From Candidatus Woesearchaeota archaeon (GTDB taxonomy: Archaea > Nanobdellota > Nanobdellia > Woesearchaeales > ARS49), in NCBI GenBank assembly GCA_002687275.1, contig NYZT01000001.1, positions 1 through 58,052 on the forward strand: DNA of 58,052 nt. The letters run 5' to 3'. Numbering within the stretch: position 1 is the first letter of the stretch; every line of letters begins with the position of its first letter. A model generated the notes under the pieces. It worked only from the letters and a program-made list of their open reading frames with translations, ran no database searches and had not been told where the DNA came from. The translations under genes were made by a program, and so were the position numbers. Shown one piece after another: positions 51,417 to 58,052 of this stretch.

Positions 51417-52160
51417 CTATACTTTAGGCTTACACACATACATCATGGGTGGGAAGAGCTGCTCTTGCTTTTTGAATATTTCTCGTGCGTTAGCGTTGAG
51501 GACGAGCTCAAAGCCTGCCTCTTCGATCTGGGATCGTACCGCTTGCAGGCTAGGGATGTGGATGTACTGCTTGTTGAACGTGCCGCCTGCCTCTCGTTCG
51601 AAGAACCTGTCGCCAAACTCTTCCTCCAAGATTTTGAAGCCTAGGGGTTTGGCAACGTACTGCTTCAGCCACTGCCCGATCCAAAACAAGGTGAAGCCAC
51701 GATAGGTTTTCCGGTGGGTGGTAAACCAGAACACTCCGTCTGGCTTGAGCACTCTGCGTGCCTCTTGTAGCGCTTTAAGCCTGTTCTTGCTGCCGGGAAT
51801 CTGCGTCCAGCCGTTGTTAGAAAACAGCGCAGCATCAAAGCTGTTGTCCTTAAATCTTAGTTTGGTTGCGTCGCCCACCTCGTACGGAATCTTTTGTTTT
51901 TGCTGTCGGGCGATGATGTTGGCGTTCTCGATCATCATTGGTGTTAAATCAACGCCTGTTACCTTGTAGCCCATCTTGTGCAAATCAAGCGTGGTCCTGC
52001 CCGTGCCGCAGCCAATGTCTAGCACCTTGCACTTTTTGGGAAAGTACTTCTTGACCAGGGCACGTTCGCTACCCCACAGTCCCTGGGTGCCCTTTTCAAA
52101 GTACACCTCCTGGGCCTCGACCGTGCTAAACTCATCCACGACAAGCTTCTTAAGGTTCAT
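51417..52160 (-). CDS. Class I SAM-dependent methyltransferase
   Basis: Motif I is VLDIGCGTGRTT. Also present are DATKLRFKDNSFDAA and LKPDGVFW. Confidence 0.8.
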   Translation of the reverse strand: MNLKKLVVDEFSTVEAQEVYFEKGTQGLWGSERALVKKYFPKKCKVLDIGCGTGRTTLDLHKMGYKVTGVDLTPMMIENANIIARQQKQKIPYEVGDATKLRFKDNSFDAALFSNNGWTQIPGSKNRLKALQEARRVLKPDGVFWFTTHRKTYRGFTLFWIGQWLKQYVAKPLGFKILEEEFGDRFFEREAGGTFNKQYIHIPSLQAVRSQIEEAGFELVLNANAREIFKKQEQLFPPMMYVCKPKV

Positions 52161-52194
52161 TATAGAAGTATAACGAGGGTGCTAATTAACTTAA

Positions 52195-52581
52195 CTACTC
52201 CCGGGTCATAGGACTGGCCCTACCTTTTTGGCTCGGCAATACTGACTGCGGCGGCTTGGCTTGTTTGAACGTGAAGTTTGAGCGCGTCATCTCCATAAGA
52301 TCTATGTATGCGTTTACTGCGTCATCAACGGCTTCTTGGCAAGACTGAGAGCTGAATGCTAGTCGTACAAACGCACTATCTTCTCCAGGGCCCCCAACCA
52401 TGACCGAACACCCTTGATACCAATAACTAAACGGCACCTGATCCCACCCTTGATCCTTCAGACATGGCAAGGGCTTGGCATTGTTATTCATTTTGTCTAG
52501 GACCTGGCTAAAGAGCTCGTATACCCGAGGAGAAGCTTCTTTATGAACAATTATCCGCCCGTATACTTCTGGTTGGTCCAT
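52195..52581 (-). CDS. Hypothetical protein (128 aa)
   Basis: ORF starting 2 nt downstream of the DoxX gene. No domain recognised. Confidence 0.5.
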   Translation of the reverse strand: MDQPEVYGRIIVHKEASPRVYELFSQVLDKMNNNAKPLPCLKDQGWDQVPFSYWYQGCSVMVGGPGEDSAFVRLAFSSQSCQEAVDDAVNAYIDLMEMTRSNFTFKQAKPPQSVLPSQKGRASPMTRE

Positions 52582-52582
52582 T

Positions 52583-52990
52583 TTAGTCTAACAAGAAATG
52601 TTCGTCTAGGCTGGGGCGTTTTGCTCCAGCAAGGATCATGGTGATGAGCCCTCCTAGCACGGCTAGGAGCATGAAAAAGTTCATTCTGGTGACAGGCACT
52701 AGCAATTGCTTCCAGCCTACCAAGGCGATGGCCACGATCATGATGACGGTGAGCCAGAGGCTAGCATAGCGGGTGAACAGGCCTAAGAGCAAGCACAATC
52801 CGCCAACGATCTCCAAGATCATGACGATGAACGCGAAAACAACAGGAACCGGTATGCCCATTCCTGCAAACATCTCTGCGGTTCCAGAAAGACTTAGGGC
52901 TTTGTTAATACCTGCAAAGAGAAAGATTGCTGCCAACACCAGGCGCAAAGGGATAATGGCATAATCCTCATACCGGTGTAGGTGCATCAT
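52583..52990 (-). CDS. DoxX-family membrane protein
   Basis: Four TM segments and LRLVLAAIFLFAGINK, which is typical of DoxX. Confidence 0.7.
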   Translation of the reverse strand: MMHLHRYEDYAIIPLRLVLAAIFLFAGINKALSLSGTAEMFAGMGIPVPVVFAFIVMILEIVGGLCLLLGLFTRYASLWLTVIMIVAIALVGWKQLLVPVTRMNFFMLLAVLGGLITMILAGAKRPSLDEHFLLD

Positions 52991-53064
52991 AGAGTAGTTA
53001 CAAAAGGTCCCTGCTTAAAAACCTTTCGGCAAGCTTTTTATACACGAATTATGCATGCCTCTTT

Positions 53065-53619
53065 ATGACAGATCCAAACCGACCTTCTAAGAATTTGCTT
53101 CCTCGAACACAAATAATCCTTTCAGAGACCGCCCACATGTGGAGCTTGTATGACGACCGCATCGTTCTCGAAAAAAGAAAAAGAGACACCAGAAGACAGT
53201 ATACTCTTGTAGGCCGTATTTTCTTGTGTGATGCAGACGCTGACGAATGGTTTAATCCTGATGAGGACTCTATCGTCCCCATAACAGATCATCAATTACA
53301 GACCCATTCTGGGGAAAACTACGCCCCCCTCATGGCCCTACGAAAGGAGTATTCCAACGGAGGCTGGGCCTCTGACCGCCTGCACATCGCCCATAACAAT
53401 TTTGTCACGTGCGTCTCTCTGCTAGAATGTAGATATGACGGCACGGACTACCAACCAGAGTTCGTGTTCGAAAACGGCGAGCCCATAACAAGAATAGGCT
53501 TTACCGATCCTTCCGATCCCTCCGCAGGAATACAGAGCGAGGTGAGCGATAGCACTCCGTTATGCGTGAGCTCCTTGTCAGCCATCCGCCACATCGACGC
53601 GCGTGGGAATAAAGCATGA
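53065..53619 (+). CDS. Paralog 1 of an unrecognised ~180-aa family
   Basis: Shares LHIAHNNFVTCVSL, PEFVFENG, RIGFTDP and PLCVSSLS with the next two genes. A TATA (ctttttatac) lies ~25 nt upstream. Confidence 0.65.
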   Translation: MTDPNRPSKNLLPRTQIILSETAHMWSLYDDRIVLEKRKRDTRRQYTLVGRIFLCDADADEWFNPDEDSIVPITDHQLQTHSGENYAPLMALRKEYSNGGWASDRLHIAHNNFVTCVSLLECRYDGTDYQPEFVFENGEPITRIGFTDPSDPSAGIQSEVSDSTPLCVSSLSAIRHIDARGNKA

Positions 53620-54182
53620 CAGACACAAGCCATAGAGCAGAATTGTTGGTGCCTAACCAAAAGGTTAAGTTGTATGACACCACCTACACCTGGCACCTAT
53701 TTAGCGACAGGATCCAGATCCAAAGAAGAGAAGTTAAGGAGGTAGGTGGAAGAAAGAAAAGGATCACCCAAATCTTCGGCCTTCTTTACTTTTGCAAGCA
53801 GGGGGTAAGGGACGTCTATGATCCTCCAGAGGACCACAAGGCCCCCATAACCGCAGACCAAATAAGCAGCACCAAGGACGAACTCTACAAACCCTTGATG
53901 GCCAGGCGCTTCGCTCCTTCAGGATGGGCAGAAGACACCTATTTGCACGTCGCCCACGACCGGTTCGTAACCTGTGTTTCTCTAGAGATCATGCTCGCTA
54001 CCGGCCAAGGCTACCGTCCCAAGTTTGTCTACGATCACGGGACACGGGTACTGAACATTGGGTTTGCAGACCCAGACGAGATGATGACTCCGCCAGAGCA
54101 GGACACAATAAGCACCCTACCCCTGTGCGTGCGATCGTTGAGCAAGATCACGTTCATCGACTCAGGAGGAAACCCTGCATGA
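53616..54182 (+). CDS. Paralog 2 of the same family
   Basis: Contains LHVAHDRFVTCVSL, PKFVYDHG, NIGFADP and PLCVRSLS. It has an ATGA overlap with paralog 1. Confidence 0.65.
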   Translation: MTDTSHRAELLVPNQKVKLYDTTYTWHLFSDRIQIQRREVKEVGGRKKRITQIFGLLYFCKQGVRDVYDPPEDHKAPITADQISSTKDELYKPLMARRFAPSGWAEDTYLHVAHDRFVTCVSLEIMLATGQGYRPKFVYDHGTRVLNIGFADPDEMMTPPEQDTISTLPLCVRSLSKITFIDSGGNPA

Positions 54183-54709
54183 TAGTGCTCGCCCGTAAAC
54201 AACCGATAGGATTTTCTTCGAGAGATCTTGCCTACACAATCACTGGTGAGGGGATTAAAATTGAACAAGCCCGCAATAATCCTAGACGCCCTCGAAGAAA
54301 GCTATGGGACAAGTATGAACAAAGATGGTGGACGGTTGAGGCGTGTGAAGACCCAGACTGTCCGGAGCCAGAAGACCTCAGACCCATTGTAGACAAGAAC
54401 CTCGGCCAGGGCCAGGAGTGGGCGATGGCCCTAAGACACGAGGGAGGGGCGTATGAATCGCCATTGATTCACGTAGCCCACCAGAATCTTGTCACCGCAT
54501 ACAGTCTATCCACTCTAGTACAGGAAATCAGTCCTGCCCCTCGCTTTGTGTACGACCATGGCAGCATGATAAAACGCATTGGCTTTGAGGTAGATCCCGA
54601 TCCTATGGCCGCTCTTGGACACGAGACGTACGGAGCTGAGCCATTGGTGGTTTACTCATCGGTAAGAGTGACCAAACTAGATCGTCAAGGAGAAAACTAC
54701 GCCGGCTAA
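54179..54709 (+). CDS. Paralog 3 of the same family (more divergent)
   Basis: This is the 3' part of track ORF 53924-54709. From the ATG at 54179, which forms an ATGA overlap, it reads MIVLARKQ... and contains IHVAHQNLVTAYSL, PRFVYDHG and RIGFEVDP. Confidence 0.6.
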   Translation: MIVLARKQPIGFSSRDLAYTITGEGIKIEQARNNPRRPRRKLWDKYEQRWWTVEACEDPDCPEPEDLRPIVDKNLGQGQEWAMALRHEGGAYESPLIHVAHQNLVTAYSLSTLVQEISPAPRFVYDHGSMIKRIGFEVDPDPMAALGHETYGAEPLVVYSSVRVTKLDRQGENYAG

Positions 54710-55275
54710 TAATCATCCGGGAAGCTGCCAAAGAATATTCCTTCTACGACTGTTTTGCCCATGAGTTCTTGGCTGGTGAAGACGCTCTGGACCTCGCTAT
54801 GGGGCAGTTGTGCCCTGACCTGGTCAACGATGGTGTGCTTCTCTTCGTCTGCAATGCCTCCGCTAACGTGGACGAGGGCGAAGTTGGCCCGGTCCATGCC
54901 ATGGGTGAGCTTGTCTAATTTTGGTTTGAGCGTTTCTAGCTCTAGTGCAGAGGAGTACTTCTTGCTTTCTAGGTCGATGATCTTCTTGTTCTCCATGCTG
55001 ATCTTCTTGTGACGCACTCCTTCTTCCACTCGTAGAGCGTGCTTGATGAAGTCCATGCCTTCCTTGCTGTCGCGGAGCTCCTCGCTCAGGTAGCCTAGCT
55101 TCCAGCTCACCTCGTCATCTGCCCAGCCCTTGAACTCTATCTGGTGCAAGGAGTGTAGTATCCTGGTGATCTCCCGCAACCCTTTGGTTGGCTCGGAGGA
55201 ACTAATACTTAATTTGAGATTGGGAAAGTCGAGCTCGGCTTCGAGCTTTTCGGTTTTCTTCATTGTGGTTCGCAT
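54706..55275 (-). CDS. Hypothetical coiled-coil protein
   Basis: 189-aa ORF, convergent with paralog 3 and overlapping it by 4 nt. No confident domain. Confidence 0.5.
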   Translation of the reverse strand: MRTTMKKTEKLEAELDFPNLKLSISSSEPTKGLREITRILHSLHQIEFKGWADDEVSWKLGYLSEELRDSKEGMDFIKHALRVEEGVRHKKISMENKKIIDLESKKYSSALELETLKPKLDKLTHGMDRANFALVHVSGGIADEEKHTIVDQVRAQLPHSEVQSVFTSQELMGKTVVEGIFFGSFPDDY

Positions 55276-55312
55276 AGGAACGCTACCTATATAAGCTTGT
55301 CGGGAAAGGCTT

Positions 55313-56173
55313 TTAACCCCTTAGATTGAGCACGGCTTGTATTGCCTCTTCCTTATCATAATCCATGAACACAAGATGGTTGCCGCGGTCTAACTCCACA
55401 AGTGTTTTGGGCTCCGGGAAGTTGGCAAAGGCTTCTCTGGCTGCCTTGGCACTCACGACGCGATCATGGAGTGATTGTATGACGAGCACGTCGCCGTTTG
55501 TTTGTGACAGCAAGGGGATGAGTTCGTTTTTGAAATCGATAAGCTCGACCACGTTCTTGGTGGGAAAACTCCAAGGCGCGATGTGCGCCTTACTACCCTC
55601 TGGATCCTTAATGTTTGCCCCAGGACTCGACTTTTTCAGATAGCGAGCAATGGCGGTAGTCATAACCGCGCTTGTTCTTTGGGGAAGCCACGGCGGTTCC
55701 AACCGGAATGGCGGCGAGGCAATCACCACCCTGTCAACGTCGTGTTCAATAGCATACCGTAGCACCAGCACGGATCCCATGCTGCTTCCCAAAAGATTCC
55801 TGCACCCGTGCCGGGTTGCAAGCTCTTCGATCTGCGAGTACCACCCCTCAACAGTGTACGTCTCTAGGCGTGAGGGGAGCTGGCCGTGGCCGTTAATACG
55901 CGGGACATAGATCGTGTCGTTGAACCTGTCGTGTAGCGCGTGCGCGACGCTGGCGAGTTCAGGCGGGGTGGAGGTGTAGCCATGGGCAAGCACCCAGCAC
56001 TCTTCAGTCCCTGCTAACGTGTACCCTTCTGCCCCTATGATGACATCGTTGTCAAACGTCCAATACGCCCTATCCTTGTCGTCGATGGTGTCTGTGTGTA
56101 AGAATCCTGTGTACTGCGTGACGATGACTATGAGTGCTAGCATGACTATCGACACGAGCATCCCTCTGCGCAT
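55313..56173 (-). CDS. Membrane-anchored alpha/beta-hydrolase (esterase/lipase-like)
   Basis: An N-terminal TM is MLVSIVMLALIVIV. HGYTS forms the oxyanion region, LLGSSMGS is the GxSxG nucleophile elbow, and a distal Asp/His pair lies in SLHDRVV...GNHLVF. Confidence 0.75.
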   Translation of the reverse strand: MRRGMLVSIVMLALIVIVTQYTGFLHTDTIDDKDRAYWTFDNDVIIGAEGYTLAGTEECWVLAHGYTSTPPELASVAHALHDRFNDTIYVPRINGHGQLPSRLETYTVEGWYSQIEELATRHGCRNLLGSSMGSVLVLRYAIEHDVDRVVIASPPFRLEPPWLPQRTSAVMTTAIARYLKKSSPGANIKDPEGSKAHIAPWSFPTKNVVELIDFKNELIPLLSQTNGDVLVIQSLHDRVVSAKAAREAFANFPEPKTLVELDRGNHLVFMDYDKEEAIQAVLNLRG

Positions 56174-56265
56174 AGACGGAGTCGTCCGTCGAGGTATAAA
56201 AAAATTCCGGAAAGTTTTCGAAAAATTCGGAAATCAAGAACGTGTGTTCCTGGTCTCGTAAAATC

Positions 56266-56357
56266 TCCGAAAAATCCGGAAGAAGCCACTGGACATTCCG
56301 GAAGATTTCCGTGACTAAAAACGAGCCACTGGACATGGACGCGTGACGCATATAAGG
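56266..56357 (+). promoter_or_regulatory. Copy B of the ~92-nt promoter-proximal repeat
   Basis: See copy A. AGCCACTGGACAT boxes lie at 56284-56296 and 56324-56336, and atataagg at 56350-56357. Further TTCCGGAA/TTCGGAA-like motifs lie upstream at 56205-56235. Confidence 0.7.
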
Positions 56358-56369
56358 ACGAAAGGCATC

Positions 56370-56672
56370 ATGCAAAATATGATCAGCGTGTATTTGTTCG
56401 GAAAACCCAGCTGGGAATTGAAATTGACAACGCCCATAGACGCACAGCACGTCATGGAGAAAGGCTACGATCTGCAACGAAGATTGCGCAAGATAGGCAT
56501 CATCATCGCAAGGTTGCAAGCCTCAGGATGGAGCATGGTGGAGAACAAAACCTACAACCTGTACTTCCACAAGCCCGGCATGACCAAACAGCAGACCGTC
56601 CAAGAGCTAAGAATGCTCTGCATAGGCAGGCGATGGGTGGAGGTGGTGGAGGATGCTCAGGCACATTCGTGA
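56370..56672 (+). CDS. Hypothetical protein downstream of repeat copy B
   Basis: The track ORF starts at GTG 56343, inside the TATA box. ATGs at 56370 and 56379 are better placed. No domain recognised. Confidence 0.5.
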   Translation: MQNMISVYLFGKPSWELKLTTPIDAQHVMEKGYDLQRRLRKIGIIIARLQASGWSMVENKTYNLYFHKPGMTKQQTVQELRMLCIGRRWVEVVEDAQAHS

Positions 56673-56859
56673 CTATGCGTTAGTACAAAACATTATAATA
56701 TTAGGAACGTTTGTCTTCGTTCTTACTGGAGTAAGCATCATGTATGCCCGTGGAGAATTAGAACTGGACCATTTTCTCAAAAGTATAGACATCAGTATCG
56801 GTATCATCCTTGGCAGCGAACTATTGAGAAAGATCGGAGGCGAAAATGGGAAGCGTTGA
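56653..56859 (+). CDS. Hypothetical small two-TM membrane protein
   Basis: 68-aa ORF with the hydrophobic segments IIILGTFVFVLTGVSIM and ISIGIILGS. It overlaps the upstream gene by 20 nt. Confidence 0.4.
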   Translation: MLRHIRDYALVQNIIILGTFVFVLTGVSIMYARGELELDHFLKSIDISIGIILGSELLRKIGGENGKR

Positions 56860-56986
56860 AAGAAGTGCGTGCATGATCATGGGCGCCATTGTGGGGGCAG
56901 CCTTTGCTGGCACTCCTGGAGCACTCACCGGCACGGCAGTAGGGTACGTTTTTGGCCAGGCCATCCGGCCTCGTGTAACATCGTAA
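56846..56986 (+). CDS. Unlisted 46-aa glycine-zipper-like small membrane protein
   Basis: My own translation is MGSVERSACMIMGAIVGAAFAGTPGALTGTAVGYVFGQAIRPRVTS. It is below the ORF-track cut-off. It overlaps the upstream ORF by 14 nt. Confidence 0.35.
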   Translation: MGSVERSACMIMGAIVGAAFAGTPGALTGTAVGYVFGQAIRPRVTS

Positions 56987-57017
56987 TGTTTATTAACGTC
57001 AAGACTGACCCAGCACC

Positions 57018-57452
57018 ATGGCCTGCCTATTTTGTGGATTTGCAAGCGGAAAGAAGAGAGAACATGAGAACGGTCATCCCTTCATGAAGCTGAAAGAGAC
57101 AAAAAACACCCTAAGCTTTCTTTCTATCGATGAGCCGTACCACGAAGAGGGCCACACGCTCATAATCCCAAAAAAACATCACAAGAACTTTGAGGACATA
57201 CCCGCAAAAGTACGAGCAGAACTGGTCGAACACGCAGTCAAGATCTGCAAGGCGCTAAGAAAGAGGCACGGAGGCTGCAATTTCCTGCTGAACAACGGTC
57301 GAGCGGCAGACCAGTACGTCCCCCACTGCCACCTCCACGTCATACCCCGAGACAAGAAAGACCACATCAAGATAGAACAGTGGAGGCGCAAGCCCATGAG
57401 TCTAAAACGATTCCAAGAGCTAACCCTAAAAATGAGAAAACTTATTTCTTAA
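57018..57452 (+). CDS. HIT-family (histidine triad) nucleotide hydrolase
   Basis: CLFCGF and the triad HCHLHVIPR are present. A TATA-like box lies ~28 nt upstream. Confidence 0.85.
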   Translation: MACLFCGFASGKKREHENGHPFMKLKETKNTLSFLSIDEPYHEEGHTLIIPKKHHKNFEDIPAKVRAELVEHAVKICKALRKRHGGCNFLLNNGRAADQYVPHCHLHVIPRDKKDHIKIEQWRRKPMSLKRFQELTLKMRKLIS

Positions 57453-58017
57453 CCAGTTTCTTGATGCTAGGAGCAAAACTAACCCCTAAAGGAATACCCA
57501 CGGCCAACGCAACGATAGCCCCAAGCGTGTACAACACCACACGATACGTCTCCACGAACACGTCCACTTGCAAGCCCGCGATTTCAAGGGCGGCAAGGAT
57601 AAACGCAACCAGAATGAGTACCTCGACACCCACGGCAAGATTCTTTTTCTCAGCCCAGGTTAGAGAAAGACACTTCTTGCTCGCCACACGAGACAGGTAC
57701 ATACCCACCAAGACCACGAAACCCGCCACGAGTAACTTAGGAAGGTACAACGCCGCCTTCTGGGTGACCTGGGTTAGAATGGCTAGGCCATAAAAAGACA
57801 CGCTCTGGGTTAAAAACAGCAATAACACGCTCGCCTGGACAAACAGCTTAGCCACGCGTACGGCAAGCAAGAACTGCGGACCTACATCGTCTCTAGCCCT
57901 AGCCCACTTCTTGATACCCTTGGTAAAATGGTTAATAATCGCTCCCACTATCAAAGCAGCGATAATACCCACGACAAAAATGCCAACACTCACGATGAGT
58001 GTATACGTTGTCGCCAT
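57442..58017 (-). CDS. Multi-pass membrane protein (conserved-TM-helix-repeat-like)
   Basis: 191-aa ORF with 5-6 TM segments. A TATA (cctttttaaagg) lies ~25 nt upstream at 58038-58049. Confidence 0.6.
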   Translation of the reverse strand: MATTYTLIVSVGIFVVGIIAALIVGAIINHFTKGIKKWARARDDVGPQFLLAVRVAKLFVQASVLLLFLTQSVSFYGLAILTQVTQKAALYLPKLLVAGFVVLVGMYLSRVASKKCLSLTWAEKKNLAVGVEVLILVAFILAALEIAGLQVDVFVETYRVVLYTLGAIVALAVGIPLGVSFAPSIKKLVKK

Positions 58018-58052
58018 GCTACCTATAGAAAGAATGCCTTTAAAAAGGTACG

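Noticed and set aside
54706-55275. FtsZ C-terminal-domain-like stretch (ALVHVSGGIADEE...) in the 189-aa coiled-coil protein
   Set aside because: It is only a short, loose resemblance to the FtsZ INITGG block. There is no GTPase domain, so it is not enough to call.
56343-56369. GTG start at 56343 for the ORF downstream of repeat copy B
   Set aside because: The GTG lies inside or next to the atataagg TATA box that is conserved with the rtcB promoter. The ATGs at 56370 and 56379 fit the leaderless spacing better.
1-58052. Scan for CRISPR arrays, rRNA genes, transposases or integrases, and reverse transcriptases (DGR or retron)
   Set aside because: I saw no regularly spaced direct repeats, no rRNA-like conserved stretches, and no ORF with DDE, tyrosine-recombinase or YxDD motifs. 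The only mobile element is the rtcB intein.

Overview
This is a gene-dense 58-kb chromosomal fragment of about 80 genes. Many neighbours overlap by 4-40 nt, and most spacers are under 100 nt. It reads as archaeal: RtcB plus archease, diphthine synthase, ATP-dependent DNA ligase, type IA topoisomerase, FtsZ, a MinD-like ATPase, archaeal-type UMP kinase, a TrmB regulator, and A1-U72 tRNA-Gln genes without encoded CCA. The many orphan hypothetical proteins and predicted secreted proteins suggest an uncultivated, possibly DPANN-like, lineage, but that is inference only. Most genes have a TTTAAA/TTATAA box about 22-32 nt upstream of the first plausible start codon, which implies leaderless mRNAs. 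On that basis several ORF-track N-termini are over-extended, and I trimmed them where the evidence was good.

Recognisable content:
- Two tRNA-Gln genes.
- rtcB interrupted by a 471-aa LAGLIDADG intein.
- A seven-gene suf operon: regulator-sufBDSUC-ferredoxin.
- A six-gene minus-strand operon: hisI-hisG-kinase-like-HAD-HAD-LOG-like.
- hisS preceded by a translationally coupled three-gene cassette of unknown function that contains a second LOG/SLOG-like protein.
- A RelB/RelE-type toxin-antitoxin pair abutting a tRNA.
- Nucleotide-sugar genes: a UDP-glucuronate decarboxylase-like gene, gmd, and an NTP-transferase-HAD fusion.
- tal, prs, pyrH, gdh, lig, topA and ftsZ.

Most interesting unexplained signals:
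1. The 14.5-17.0 kb three-gene cassette.
2. The his/LOG/HAD/kinase operon.
3. Three tandem ATGA-coupled paralogs of an unrecognised ~180-aa family at 53.0-54.7 kb.
4. A ~92-nt, ~92% identical promoter-proximal element shared by rtcB and a small-membrane-protein operon 48 kb away.
5. A cluster of secreted proteins that includes a double Kazal-domain inhibitor.

I saw no CRISPR array, rRNA, transposase or integrase. All domain calls come from motif recognition by eye, and no database search was run.
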